Part shown: piece after piece, positions 27,545 to 35,529 of the stretch
Position numbering within the stretch: the first letter of the stretch is position 1
Layout of the letters: each line of letters starts with the position of its first letter
Assembly: GCA_965261285.1 (NCBI GenBank)
Contig: OZ253457.1
Coordinates: 2,857,396-2,921,395 of the forward strand
Origin: Vicinamibacterales bacterium
Lineage (GTDB): Bacteria > Acidobacteriota > Vicinamibacteria > Vicinamibacterales > UBA8438
Direction of reading: 5' to 3'
DNA length: 64,000 bases
Position numbers and translations under genes: made by a program
The notes under the pieces: generated by a model
The model's database searches: none
The model's input: only the letters and a program-made list of their open reading frames with translations
Told to the model about the DNA's origin: nothing

Positions 27545-30500
27545 ATGACTGCCACGACAAGACCGACACGAGTGCGGACGGTGCGGACGCGACTGGCCGA
27601 CCTGTGGTCCTATCGCAGGCGCATCCTGGCCGCGGCGCTCGCGGCGGCGGTGCTCTGGGGCGGGTTCGCCGCCTACCAGCGCCATCTCGCGGTGACCCGG
27701 GTCGCCTTCGTCAACTTCCCCGGATTCCAGCTCGCCCGCATCGAGCGCGCGCGCCCGCACGGCGCGGTGCGCATCGAGCCGCTGGACATGGCGGCGCTGG
27801 ATCGCGCCGCCGACTATCCCGTCGTCTACGTCTTCGGGCGCGGCCTGCAGCTCGACGAGACGCAGCTCGAGCACCTGCGCGAGGCCGGCCGCCGCGGGAC
27901 GCGCCTGTTCGTGCAGGGGGCCACGAACCCGGCCCTCGACGTCACCAACCTGCGCGGCACGCAGCTCGACGCGGCCAACGGCTACCTCGAGTTCGGGGGG
28001 GCCGAGAACTACGCCCGGCTGCTCAACTTCTCGCGCGTGGAGCTCGACGGCAAGCCGTTCCGGTCGGACGCGGTCGAGCCTCCCGTCGAGCGGTCCATGG
28101 ACGTGCTGTTCCACCTCGACGACGACCTGACGTTCGAGACCGTCGACGCGTTCGACGCCTACTACGACGCGCAGGGGCTCGCCAAGCCGGACGCCCCGAA
28201 GATCGCCCTCATCACGAGCGTGCCCGGCCCCTTCAACGCCAACCGGGACCACGTCGACGCGTTCATCCGCGCCCTCGAGGGCCGCGCGTGGAACGTCTAC
28301 CCGATGGCCAGCGCCGAGAAGCGCCTCGACTTCCTCAAGCGCATCGACCCCGACCTCGTGGTGCTGATGCCGCACGGGCGGCTCACTCTCGGCCGCGCCG
28401 ACGAGGCCATCGCGTGGCTGCGCGAGCGCGACATCCCGATGCTGACGCCGGTGTCGGTGTTCCAGAACCACGACGACTGGGTGACCGACCAGCAGGGCAT
28501 GGCGGGGGCCATGCTCACGATGAGCGTCGTCCTGCCCGAGCTCGACGGCGGGGTGGCCCCCTACGCGGTGGCGGCGCAGTTCACCGACGCGGACGGCTAC
28601 GAGATCTTCGACGCGCTGCCCGAGCGCCTCGAGACCTTCTGCGACCTCGTCGAGGGCTGGCTGACATTGAAGGCGAAGCCCAACCGCGACAAGCGGGTGG
28701 CCATCTACTACTACAAGGGACCGGGCAAGAACGCCATGAACGCCGGCAGCCTGGAGGTGGCGCCGAGCCTGCTCAACCTGCTGCGCTCGCTGCGCGACGC
28801 CGGCTACACGGTCGAGGGGCTGCCGGAGACCGACGACGAGTTCTGGGAGATGGTCCAGGCGAAGGGGCCGGTGCTCGGACCCTACGCGCGCGGAGCGTTC
28901 GAGGAGTACGTGGCCACCGGCGATCCGGCCCTGGTGCCGGCCGGCGACTACGCCGCGTGGGTGGAGGCGGACCTCGAGCCGGGCATGCGCGACGCCGTCG
29001 TCGAGCAGTACGGCCCCGCCCCCGGCGAGTACATGACGGTCGGCGAGGGCGAGGAGACGGCGCTGGCCGTCGCCCGCGTGCAGTTCGGCAACGTCGTCAT
29101 CCTGCCGCAGCCCCTGCCGGGGGCCGGCGACGACACGTTCCGGCTCGTGCACGGCGCGCGGAAGGCGCCGCCGCACCCCTACGTCGCCTCGTACCTGTGG
29201 ACCCGCAACGCCTTCGGGGCCGACGCGGTGATGCACTTCGGCACCCACGGCAGCCTGGAGTTCACGCCGTGGAAGCAGATTGCCCTGTCGGCCTTCGACT
29301 GGGCGGACGCCCTCGTCGGCGGGCTCCCGCACGTCTACGTCTACGTCATGAGCAACGTCGGCGAGGGCATCATCGCCAAGCGCCGCTCCTACGCGGCCAC
29401 GGTGACCCACCTGACGCCGCCGTTCATGGAGGGCGGGCTGTACGACGGGCTGCGCCCGCTGCGGGACCGGCTCGACAGCTTTCGCAACGCGGCCGACGGC
29501 CCGGTGCGGGCCGAGCACGCGCGCACGGTCCGGCGCCTCGCGACGGAGATGAACCTGCACGTGGACCTCGGCCTCGACCCCGACGCGGCGTGGTCGGCGG
29601 ACGAGATGTTCCGCCTGAGCAACCACGTCGAGACCATCGACGGGGAGAAGGTCACGCAGGGGCTCTACACCCTCGGCAGCGCCTTCACGCCGGACGAGGT
29701 CGACTCGACGGCGGAGCTGATGGCCATCGACCCCATCGCCTACGCCCTCGCCCGCATCGACACCGTCAAGGGCGCGGTCGAGGCCGCCGACCTCGAGGAC
29801 GAGGCGTACTTCGAGCGCCGCTACCGCCGGCGCGCCCGCGACGCCTACGCGCGGCGGATCGCGGGCGCGAACGCCGGGGCGGTGCTCGCCGACCTCGTGG
29901 CGGACGCGGACGTGCAGCACGCCCACGCCTGGCGCGAGGCGTCGCGGCGGCCGTCGGACGACGACATCATCCGCGGCTTCATCTCGATGGGGGCGGGCGG
30001 ACGGAGCCGGCCGGACGCCGCGGTGGCGGAAGCCCGCGCGGGCGAGCTCGAGGACCTCGTGGCGCGCGTCCTGCCGCACCCGCGGAAGGTGGAGTTCGTC
30101 GAGCGGCTGCAGTCGGAGCAGGAGTTCGCGCGGACGTCGCAACTGCTCGATCCGGTGCAGCGCGAGCGCGCCAGGACCATCGCCGCGGTCATCCCGCCGA
30201 TGGCCGAGGCGCTCGAGATCGCCGACGACCCGGACGTGTTCGCGCTGCTCGAGGCCATGCAGGACGAGGCCCTCCGCGAGCGGACGTTCGCGCTGCTGGA
30301 CGACCCGGGGCTCGTCGACCGCGTCGAGGAGGAGAAGCGCCGGCTGGCGTCGGAGCGGCTGGCGTTCGCCCTCGAGGCGCCGCAGGTCGACGCCCTCGGG
30401 CTGGCCTGGGGCCACGAGTCGGCCGGCGAGCTGGAGAGCGTTCCCAGCAAGGACATCGAGGGGGCGCTCTCGGCGGTGGCCTTCTACCGGGAGCACCGCG

Positions 30501-32332
30501 CGACGCTCCGCGACCAGCTTCACGACGTCGACGCGCCGGCCGCGGATCGCCTGCGGAAGATCCTGGACGACCCGGCGTTCGACCCGCGCCTCGCCGCCGC
30601 CGCCGACGCCGCCGGCGTCGAGCTGGAGGCGCGCGCGGCCCGCGACGCCGAGCTGGCCCGGGCGGTGCTGACGCTGGAGACGAGCGTGGGCGGCATCGAC
30701 CGGCACCGAAAGGGCCTGCGCGACAGCTCGGACCTCGAGCTCGAGAGCGTGGCGCGGGGCCTCGCCGGCGGCTACGTCGAGCCCACGCCGGGGGGCGACC
30801 CCATCGTCAACCCCGATGCCGTCCCCACCGGGCGCAACCTCTTCTCCATCGACGCCGAGAAGACGCCGTCGCCGGAGGCGTGGACGGTGGGGCGCGGCCT
30901 GGCGGAAGCGCTCCTCGACGAGCACCGGCGGCGCCACGACGCGTATCCCCGGAAGGTCGCGTTCACCCTCTGGCCCAGCGACTTCATCGGCACGGAGGGC
31001 GCCACCATCGGCCAGATCTTCTACCTGCTCGGGGTCGAGCCGGTGTGGGACCCGTTCGGGCGGGTCGCCGACCTGCGGCTGATGCCCGCCGCCGACCTCG
31101 GAAGGGCCCGCATCGACGTCGTGGTCCAGACCGCCGGCCAGCTCCGCGACCTCGCCGCCTCGCGCCTCGCCCTCATCAACCGCGCCGTCGCCATGGCGGC
31201 CGAGGCGCGCGACGCCGAGGCCAACTTCGTGCAGGAGGGGCGGGTGCGCGCCGAGGAGGTGATGATGGCCAGGGGCCTCTCCCCCGCCGACGCGCGGCGC
31301 TACTCGACCCTGCGCGTCTTCGGCGGCGTGAACGGCAACTACGGCACCGCCATCATGGGAATGGTCGAGAGCGGCGACCGCTGGGAGGACGACGCCGAGG
31401 TCGCCGACCAGTACCTCCGGAACATGGGCGCCGTCTACGACGAGGGCGAGCTGTGGAGCTTCTACGCCGACGGCATCTTCGAGGCGGCCCTCGCCGGCAC
31501 CGAGATCGTCGTGCAGCCTCGGGAGAGCCACACCTGGGGCGCGTTGAGCCTCGACCACGTCTACGAGTTCATGGGCGGGCTGAGCATGGCCGTCCGCCAC
31601 GTCACCGGCCGCGACGCCGACGCCTACTTCAACGACTTCCGCAACGCCCAGCGGCCGCGGGTGACGGACCTCACCGAGACCGTCTGGACCGAGGCGCGGT
31701 CGACGCTGCTGAATCCCGCCTACATCGGCGAGATGCAGGAGGGCGGCGCCTCGTCGGCCGAGCAGTTCGCCGAGACGTTCCGCAACACCTACGGCTGGAA
31801 CGTGATGAAGCCGGCCGCGATCGACGACGCGCTCTGGAACGAGCTGTACGAGGTGTACGTCGACGACCGCCACGACCTCGGGGTCCACGACTTCTTCCGG
31901 CGGGAGAACCCGTACGCCCTGCAGGAGATGACGGCGGTGATGCTGGAGACGGTGCGCAAGGGCCTGTGGGAGGCCACCGCGCAGCAGGTGGCGGTGCTCG
32001 CGGAGCTGCACACCCGGCTGGTGGAGGAGTTCGAGGCGGGCTGCAGCGGGTTCGTCTGCGACAACGCGGCCCTCGCGTCGTTCATCGCCGAGCAGGCCCC
32101 GGCGGAGCTGGCGGCCGCCTACCGCAGCGAGCTGCAGCGCAACCTGACCACGAGCGTCGAGCTGACCGAGGCGAGCGTGGTCCTGGCCGCGCAGGACGCG
32201 GAGCCGCGGCCGGCCGACGCGCCGGCGAGCCGGCCGGGCCCGGCGCGCCTCGCCTGGCTGGGCGCGATCGTCGTGGCGGGTCTGTTCGCGACGGCGCTGC
32301 TCGTCCTGCGGCGGCGGCGGAGCACGAGCTGA
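27545..32332 (+). CDS. CobN/Mg-chelatase-H-like giant protein 1 (1595 aa) with N- and C-terminal transmembrane anchors
   Basis: CobN family blocks VAIYYYKGPGKNAMNAG, VMHFGTHGSLEFTPWKQ and GGYVEPTPGGDPIVNPDAVPTGRNLFSIDAEKTPSPEAW. N-terminus RRRILAAALAAAVLWGGFAAY. C-terminus LGAIVVAGLFATALLVLRRRRSTS. Confidence 0.9.
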   Translation: MTATTRPTRVRTVRTRLADLWSYRRRILAAALAAAVLWGGFAAYQRHLAVTRVAFVNFPGFQLARIERARPHGAVRIEPLDMAALDRAADYPVVYVFGRGLQLDETQLEHLREAGRRGTRLFVQGATNPALDVTNLRGTQLDAANGYLEFGGAENYARLLNFSRVELDGKPFRSDAVEPPVERSMDVLFHLDDDLTFETVDAFDAYYDAQGLAKPDAPKIALITSVPGPFNANRDHVDAFIRALEGRAWNVYPMASAEKRLDFLKRIDPDLVVLMPHGRLTLGRADEAIAWLRERDIPMLTPVSVFQNHDDWVTDQQGMAGAMLTMSVVLPELDGGVAPYAVAAQFTDADGYEIFDALPERLETFCDLVEGWLTLKAKPNRDKRVAIYYYKGPGKNAMNAGSLEVAPSLLNLLRSLRDAGYTVEGLPETDDEFWEMVQAKGPVLGPYARGAFEEYVATGDPALVPAGDYAAWVEADLEPGMRDAVVEQYGPAPGEYMTVGEGEETALAVARVQFGNVVILPQPLPGAGDDTFRLVHGARKAPPHPYVASYLWTRNAFGADAVMHFGTHGSLEFTPWKQIALSAFDWADALVGGLPHVYVYVMSNVGEGIIAKRRSYAATVTHLTPPFMEGGLYDGLRPLRDRLDSFRNAADGPVRAEHARTVRRLATEMNLHVDLGLDPDAAWSADEMFRLSNHVETIDGEKVTQGLYTLGSAFTPDEVDSTAELMAIDPIAYALARIDTVKGAVEAADLEDEAYFERRYRRRARDAYARRIAGANAGAVLADLVADADVQHAHAWREASRRPSDDDIIRGFISMGAGGRSRPDAAVAEARAGELEDLVARVLPHPRKVEFVERLQSEQEFARTSQLLDPVQRERARTIAAVIPPMAEALEIADDPDVFALLEAMQDEALRERTFALLDDPGLVDRVEEEKRRLASERLAFALEAPQVDALGLAWGHESAGELESVPSKDIEGALSAVAFYREHRATLRDQLHDVDAPAADRLRKILDDPAFDPRLAAAADAAGVELEARAARDAELARAVLTLETSVGGIDRHRKGLRDSSDLELESVARGLAGGYVEPTPGGDPIVNPDAVPTGRNLFSIDAEKTPSPEAWTVGRGLAEALLDEHRRRHDAYPRKVAFTLWPSDFIGTEGATIGQIFYLLGVEPVWDPFGRVADLRLMPAADLGRARIDVVVQTAGQLRDLAASRLALINRAVAMAAEARDAEANFVQEGRVRAEEVMMARGLSPADARRYSTLRVFGGVNGNYGTAIMGMVESGDRWEDDAEVADQYLRNMGAVYDEGELWSFYADGIFEAALAGTEIVVQPRESHTWGALSLDHVYEFMGGLSMAVRHVTGRDADAYFNDFRNAQRPRVTDLTETVWTEARSTLLNPAYIGEMQEGGASSAEQFAETFRNTYGWNVMKPAAIDDALWNELYEVYVDDRHDLGVHDFFRRENPYALQEMTAVMLETVRKGLWEATAQQVAVLAELHTRLVEEFEAGCSGFVCDNAALASFIAEQAPAELAAAYRSELQRNLTTSVELTEASVVLAAQDAEPRPADAPASRPGPARLAWLGAIVVAGLFATALLVLRRRRSTS
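30696..32332. repeat. 1.64-kb dispersed repeat (copy 1): near-identical 3' portions of the two CobN-like genes
   Basis: Colinear with 40541-42177 at a constant offset of 9845 nt, checked at 30696/40541 and 31791/41636. Long runs are identical by eye, whereas the upstream gene parts are clearly more diverged. Confidence 0.85.
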
Positions 32333-32575
32333 CGCGGGCGCGCCGACCGTCGGCGCATCCCGCGATGAACGGTTCGGAATTCGCGACGGTGCTGCTCGTC
32401 CTGCGGAGACGGCCGAGCACACCGGACGCGGGCGCGCGCCGACCGTCGGCGCATCCCGCCATGAACGGTTCGGGACTCGCGACGGCGCTGCTCGTCCTGC
32501 CGGAGACGGCCGAGCACACCCTAACCGGGCGCGCGCCGTTGGTGCACCCCGCGACGAACGGTTCGGGATCTGGAG
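32296..32575. repeat. 3 x ~95-bp tandem echo of the CobN-like 1 3' end and the downstream spacer
   Basis: gctgctcgtcctgc starts at 32296, 32391 and 32487. gatgaacggttcgg also recurs. The last unit runs into the RBS of the next gene. Confidence 0.9.
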
Positions 32576-32581
32576 AACATC

Positions 32582-34867
32582 ATGCGACGCATCTCTACCA
32601 CGGCCGCCGTCCTGGCGGTCATCCTCGCCGCCGGACCGGACGACGGCGGCGTGTCCACGCACGCACAGTCCCCCCTGTCGCCGGGCCCGCCGCCCGAGAC
32701 CGCACCTCCCCTTCCGCACGCGTCGTCGGACACGTCCGGGGCATGGGTCGGCGACGTCCTCTACGTACATGCCGGAGAGCAGCCGCCCGCCTCCGGCACC
32801 CCCGAAGGCACAGGAAGGGCGGCTCTCTACGCGCTTTCCCCGGGCGACGCGTCCTGGGAGACGGTCTGGACCGGCGACCCGCTACGCGGGGCCGTGCTCG
32901 TCGGCGACGGCGAGCACCTCTACCGCGTGGGCGGGGCCGAGGTCGCCGGCGCGCGGCGCGCCCGCCCCGACCTCGAGCGCTGGGACCGGGGTGACCGGCG
33001 GTGGGTCGGCCTGACGCCGATGCCGTCGGGCCGGACGGACCACGCGGCGGTGGTCGTCGGACGCGAGCTCTGGGTGATCGGCGGGTGGGCGCCCTCGACC
33101 GTGGCCGAGGGCCGCGCTGCGCGTCGTCGTCCGCCCCCCGTGCCGGCCGAGGACTGGCGCGGCGACGTGCTCGTCGCGGACCTCGACGCGGATCCCGTGG
33201 CCTGGACCGTGGTCGAGACGGCGTCCCTGCGCATGCACTCCCTCGTCGCGACGGTCCACGGCGACGCCATCTGGGTGACCGGGGGCATGACGCCCCGCGG
33301 GCCGGGGCTCGAGGCGCACCGGCTCGACCTGCAGACCCGGACCCTGGCGCCGGCGCCGACGCCGCCCGTGTCCGGCCGCGGCCGGGGCGCCGGACTGGGC
33401 ATCGCCTCGGCCGGGGGGAGTCTGTTCGCGAGCGACGCGAACCAGTTGTTCCGCCTCGACGAGGACGCCGGGGCCTGGCAGGTGCTCGCCTACGACATCC
33501 GGCCGGATCGCGCGTACCACGCCCTGGTCGGCGGGCCGGGCGTGCTGCACATCGTGGGGGGAGCCTCGCACGGCCGGATCCATGCGGTCGTCGACCGGGT
33601 CGCGACGGCTTCGCTCCGGCCGAGCGACGTCGCCGACGCGCCGCGGCGCGCGGCGGGCGCGGCCGGCGACCGGCCTCCCCTGGCCGGCGCCCGGCGCTGG
33701 GCCGGCTTCCGGGGGCCGGCGTTCGGTCACAGCCAGGCCCGCAACCTCCCGCTGACGTGGTCGGACGAGGAAGGCGTCGCGTGGCGGCACGCGGTCGGGG
33801 GCTACGGCCAGTCGAGCCCCGTCGTCTGGGACGGCGTCGTGTTCGTCACCGCCATCGACGGCCCGCTTCGCGAGACGCAGATCGTCGAGGCGGTCGACGC
33901 CGAGACCGGCGCGCTGTGGTGGCGCCACACCCTGGCGTCGAGCCAGCCCGTCGAGGTCACGAACATCGTGGCGAAGGGCGCGCCGACGCCCCGCGTCGAC
34001 GCCGAGCGCGTCTACTACCTGTTCGAGAGCGGCGATCTGGGTGCCCTGGGCCACGACGGCGAGCCCGTCTGGTCCCGGTCGCTGAAGGCGGACTACGGCG
34101 CCCTCGAGGGCTACGGGCTGGGCAGCTCGCTCGCCGGCAACGGCGAGGCGCTGTTCGTCCTCGCCGCCCACGACGGGCCGTCGTACCTGCTGGCCGTCGA
34201 CCCCGCCACCGGCGAGACGCGGTGGAAGGCGGACCGCCCCCCGACGTCGTCCTGGACGACGCCGATCGTCGTGCCCGGCAGCGGCGGCGACCTCGTCGTG
34301 GTCAGCGTCGACGGCGCGGTCGAGGCGTACGACGGGCGGACCGGCGAGCGGGTCTGGTGGATCGACGGCCTCTCGGGCAACCGGCTCCCGTCGCCGGTCG
34401 TCGCGGGGCCGCGCATCGTCGTCCCCTCGATGGACTCGCGGTCCGTTCTCGCCCTGCCGATCGAGCACCGCGGGCGCGTGGCGGACGAGCACGTGCTCTG
34501 GCGCGGCCAGAGCGCGACGGCGGGGATGTCGTCGCCGGTCGTGACCGGCGAGGCGATCTGCTTCACCAACTCGCTGGGCGTCCTCCGCTGCCTCGAGACG
34601 AGGTCGGGCCGGTCGCGGTGGGCGGTCCGCCTGGGGTCGCCCGCGTGGGCCACGCCGATCGTCAACGGAGACCGCGTCTACCTGTTCGGGAACGACGGCG
34701 TGACCTCGGTCTTCGCCGCCGACGCGGCCGAGCCCATCGAGCTGGCCAGGAACCCGCTGACCGTCTCGGAGCGGCTGTACGGGGTCGCCGCCGTCGACGG
34801 CGCGTTCTTCGTCAGGACCGGCCGGGAGCTCATCCGCATCGGGCGCAGCGGGGCAACCCGGGACTGA
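32582..34867 (+). CDS. secreted double beta-propeller protein (Kelch-like N-terminal half, PQQ/BamB-like C-terminal half)
   Basis: Signal peptide. Kelch-like LYRVGG...RTDHAAVVVGRELWVIGGW. The second half has SSPVVWDGVVFVTA, ETGALWWRH, TGETRWKAD, TGERVWWID and SGRSRWAV. Confidence 0.8.
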   Translation: MRRISTTAAVLAVILAAGPDDGGVSTHAQSPLSPGPPPETAPPLPHASSDTSGAWVGDVLYVHAGEQPPASGTPEGTGRAALYALSPGDASWETVWTGDPLRGAVLVGDGEHLYRVGGAEVAGARRARPDLERWDRGDRRWVGLTPMPSGRTDHAAVVVGRELWVIGGWAPSTVAEGRAARRRPPPVPAEDWRGDVLVADLDADPVAWTVVETASLRMHSLVATVHGDAIWVTGGMTPRGPGLEAHRLDLQTRTLAPAPTPPVSGRGRGAGLGIASAGGSLFASDANQLFRLDEDAGAWQVLAYDIRPDRAYHALVGGPGVLHIVGGASHGRIHAVVDRVATASLRPSDVADAPRRAAGAAGDRPPLAGARRWAGFRGPAFGHSQARNLPLTWSDEEGVAWRHAVGGYGQSSPVVWDGVVFVTAIDGPLRETQIVEAVDAETGALWWRHTLASSQPVEVTNIVAKGAPTPRVDAERVYYLFESGDLGALGHDGEPVWSRSLKADYGALEGYGLGSSLAGNGEALFVLAAHDGPSYLLAVDPATGETRWKADRPPTSSWTTPIVVPGSGGDLVVVSVDGAVEAYDGRTGERVWWIDGLSGNRLPSPVVAGPRIVVPSMDSRSVLALPIEHRGRVADEHVLWRGQSATAGMSSPVVTGEAICFTNSLGVLRCLETRSGRSRWAVRLGSPAWATPIVNGDRVYLFGNDGVTSVFAADAAEPIELARNPLTVSERLYGVAAVDGAFFVRTGRELIRIGRSGATRD

Positions 34868-35100
34868 GCCGGGCGTATCCGTCCCGTCAGGACGGGAGCT
34901 CATCCGCATCGAGCGCGGCGGGGCAACGGGGGGCTGAGGCGGGCGAACCCGTCCCGTCGGGACGGCCCGAGAGCCGCTTCGCATCGGGCGCGGCGGCGAC
35001 CGAGCCGGGCGAGCCCGTCCCGTCGGGACCGGCCGGGCGCCGATCCGCATCGGGCGCGGCGGCGACCGAGCCGGGCGAATCCGTCGCCGCGCAAGCAGGA
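34815..35100. repeat. 4-unit tandem echo (66-75 bp) of the double-propeller gene 3' end, each unit with a hairpin
   Basis: gcatcg anchors lie at 34836, 34906, 34981 and 35047. The functional TGA at 34865 is echoed at 34935. Palindromes of the ccgtcccgtcgggacgg type occur in each unit. Confidence 0.9.
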
Positions 35101-35119
35101 GCCATCGCAAGCACGAGCC

Positions 35120-35401
35120 ATGACGAAGCCGAGCCGGCCCATCGCATCCGCGGCCTTGGTGCTGGCGTGCGTCCTGCTGCCGGCCGGCTTCCTCTCGCAC
35201 GGACACGACGACCGCGATCTCGACGGCCACGATCACGACTGCATCGTCTGCTGTCTCCTCGACCATCCCACCCTGGCGACGGCGGCCGAGCCCGCGCCGG
35301 CGGCGCCGGCCGCGCTGGCGCCTGGCGCCGCTTCGGCCCGCCGCGGGCGCGTCTTGCGGACCGCGCTCGACCCGCACCTCCCCCGCGGGCCGCCCGCCTG
35401 A
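35120..35401 (+). CDS. small exported Cys/His protein, R-G-P-P-A C-terminus (family B, copy 4)
   Basis: MTKPSRPIASAALVLACVLLPAGFLSHGHDDRDLDGHDHDCIVCC...LPRGPPA. It lies immediately upstream of TBDR 2. Confidence 0.6.
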   Translation: MTKPSRPIASAALVLACVLLPAGFLSHGHDDRDLDGHDHDCIVCCLLDHPTLATAAEPAPAAPAALAPGAASARRGRVLRTALDPHLPRGPPA

Positions 35402-35529
35402 CACCTCCCGTCGCCGCGTCGACCCGGACGCCCTCACGAGAGCGCCCGCGTGTCGGCCATCGAACCGTGGGAAACGGCGGAAGCTCGCCGGCCGAGGAGC
35501 CGCGTGCGCGACCGCCGCGGAGGTGTGAA

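Noticed and set aside
26531-32770. 2079-aa minus-strand ORF antisense to CobN-like 1. The same applies to 38458-43098 (-), 36525-43349 (+), 27604-32994 (+), 13695-17105 (-) and 57459-60536 (+, N-terminal part).
   Set aside because: Their compositions are Arg/Gly/Pro/Ala-dominated with no recognisable motifs. They lie antisense or out of frame to ORFs with strong family signatures. This is typical stop-codon-poor shadow reading in ~70% GC DNA.
32296-35100. Tandem repeat arrays considered as possible CRISPR arrays.
   Set aside because: The units are contiguous, with no repeat-spacer alternation. They are 67-113 bp, derived from adjacent coding sequence and diverged from each other. No cas genes are present.
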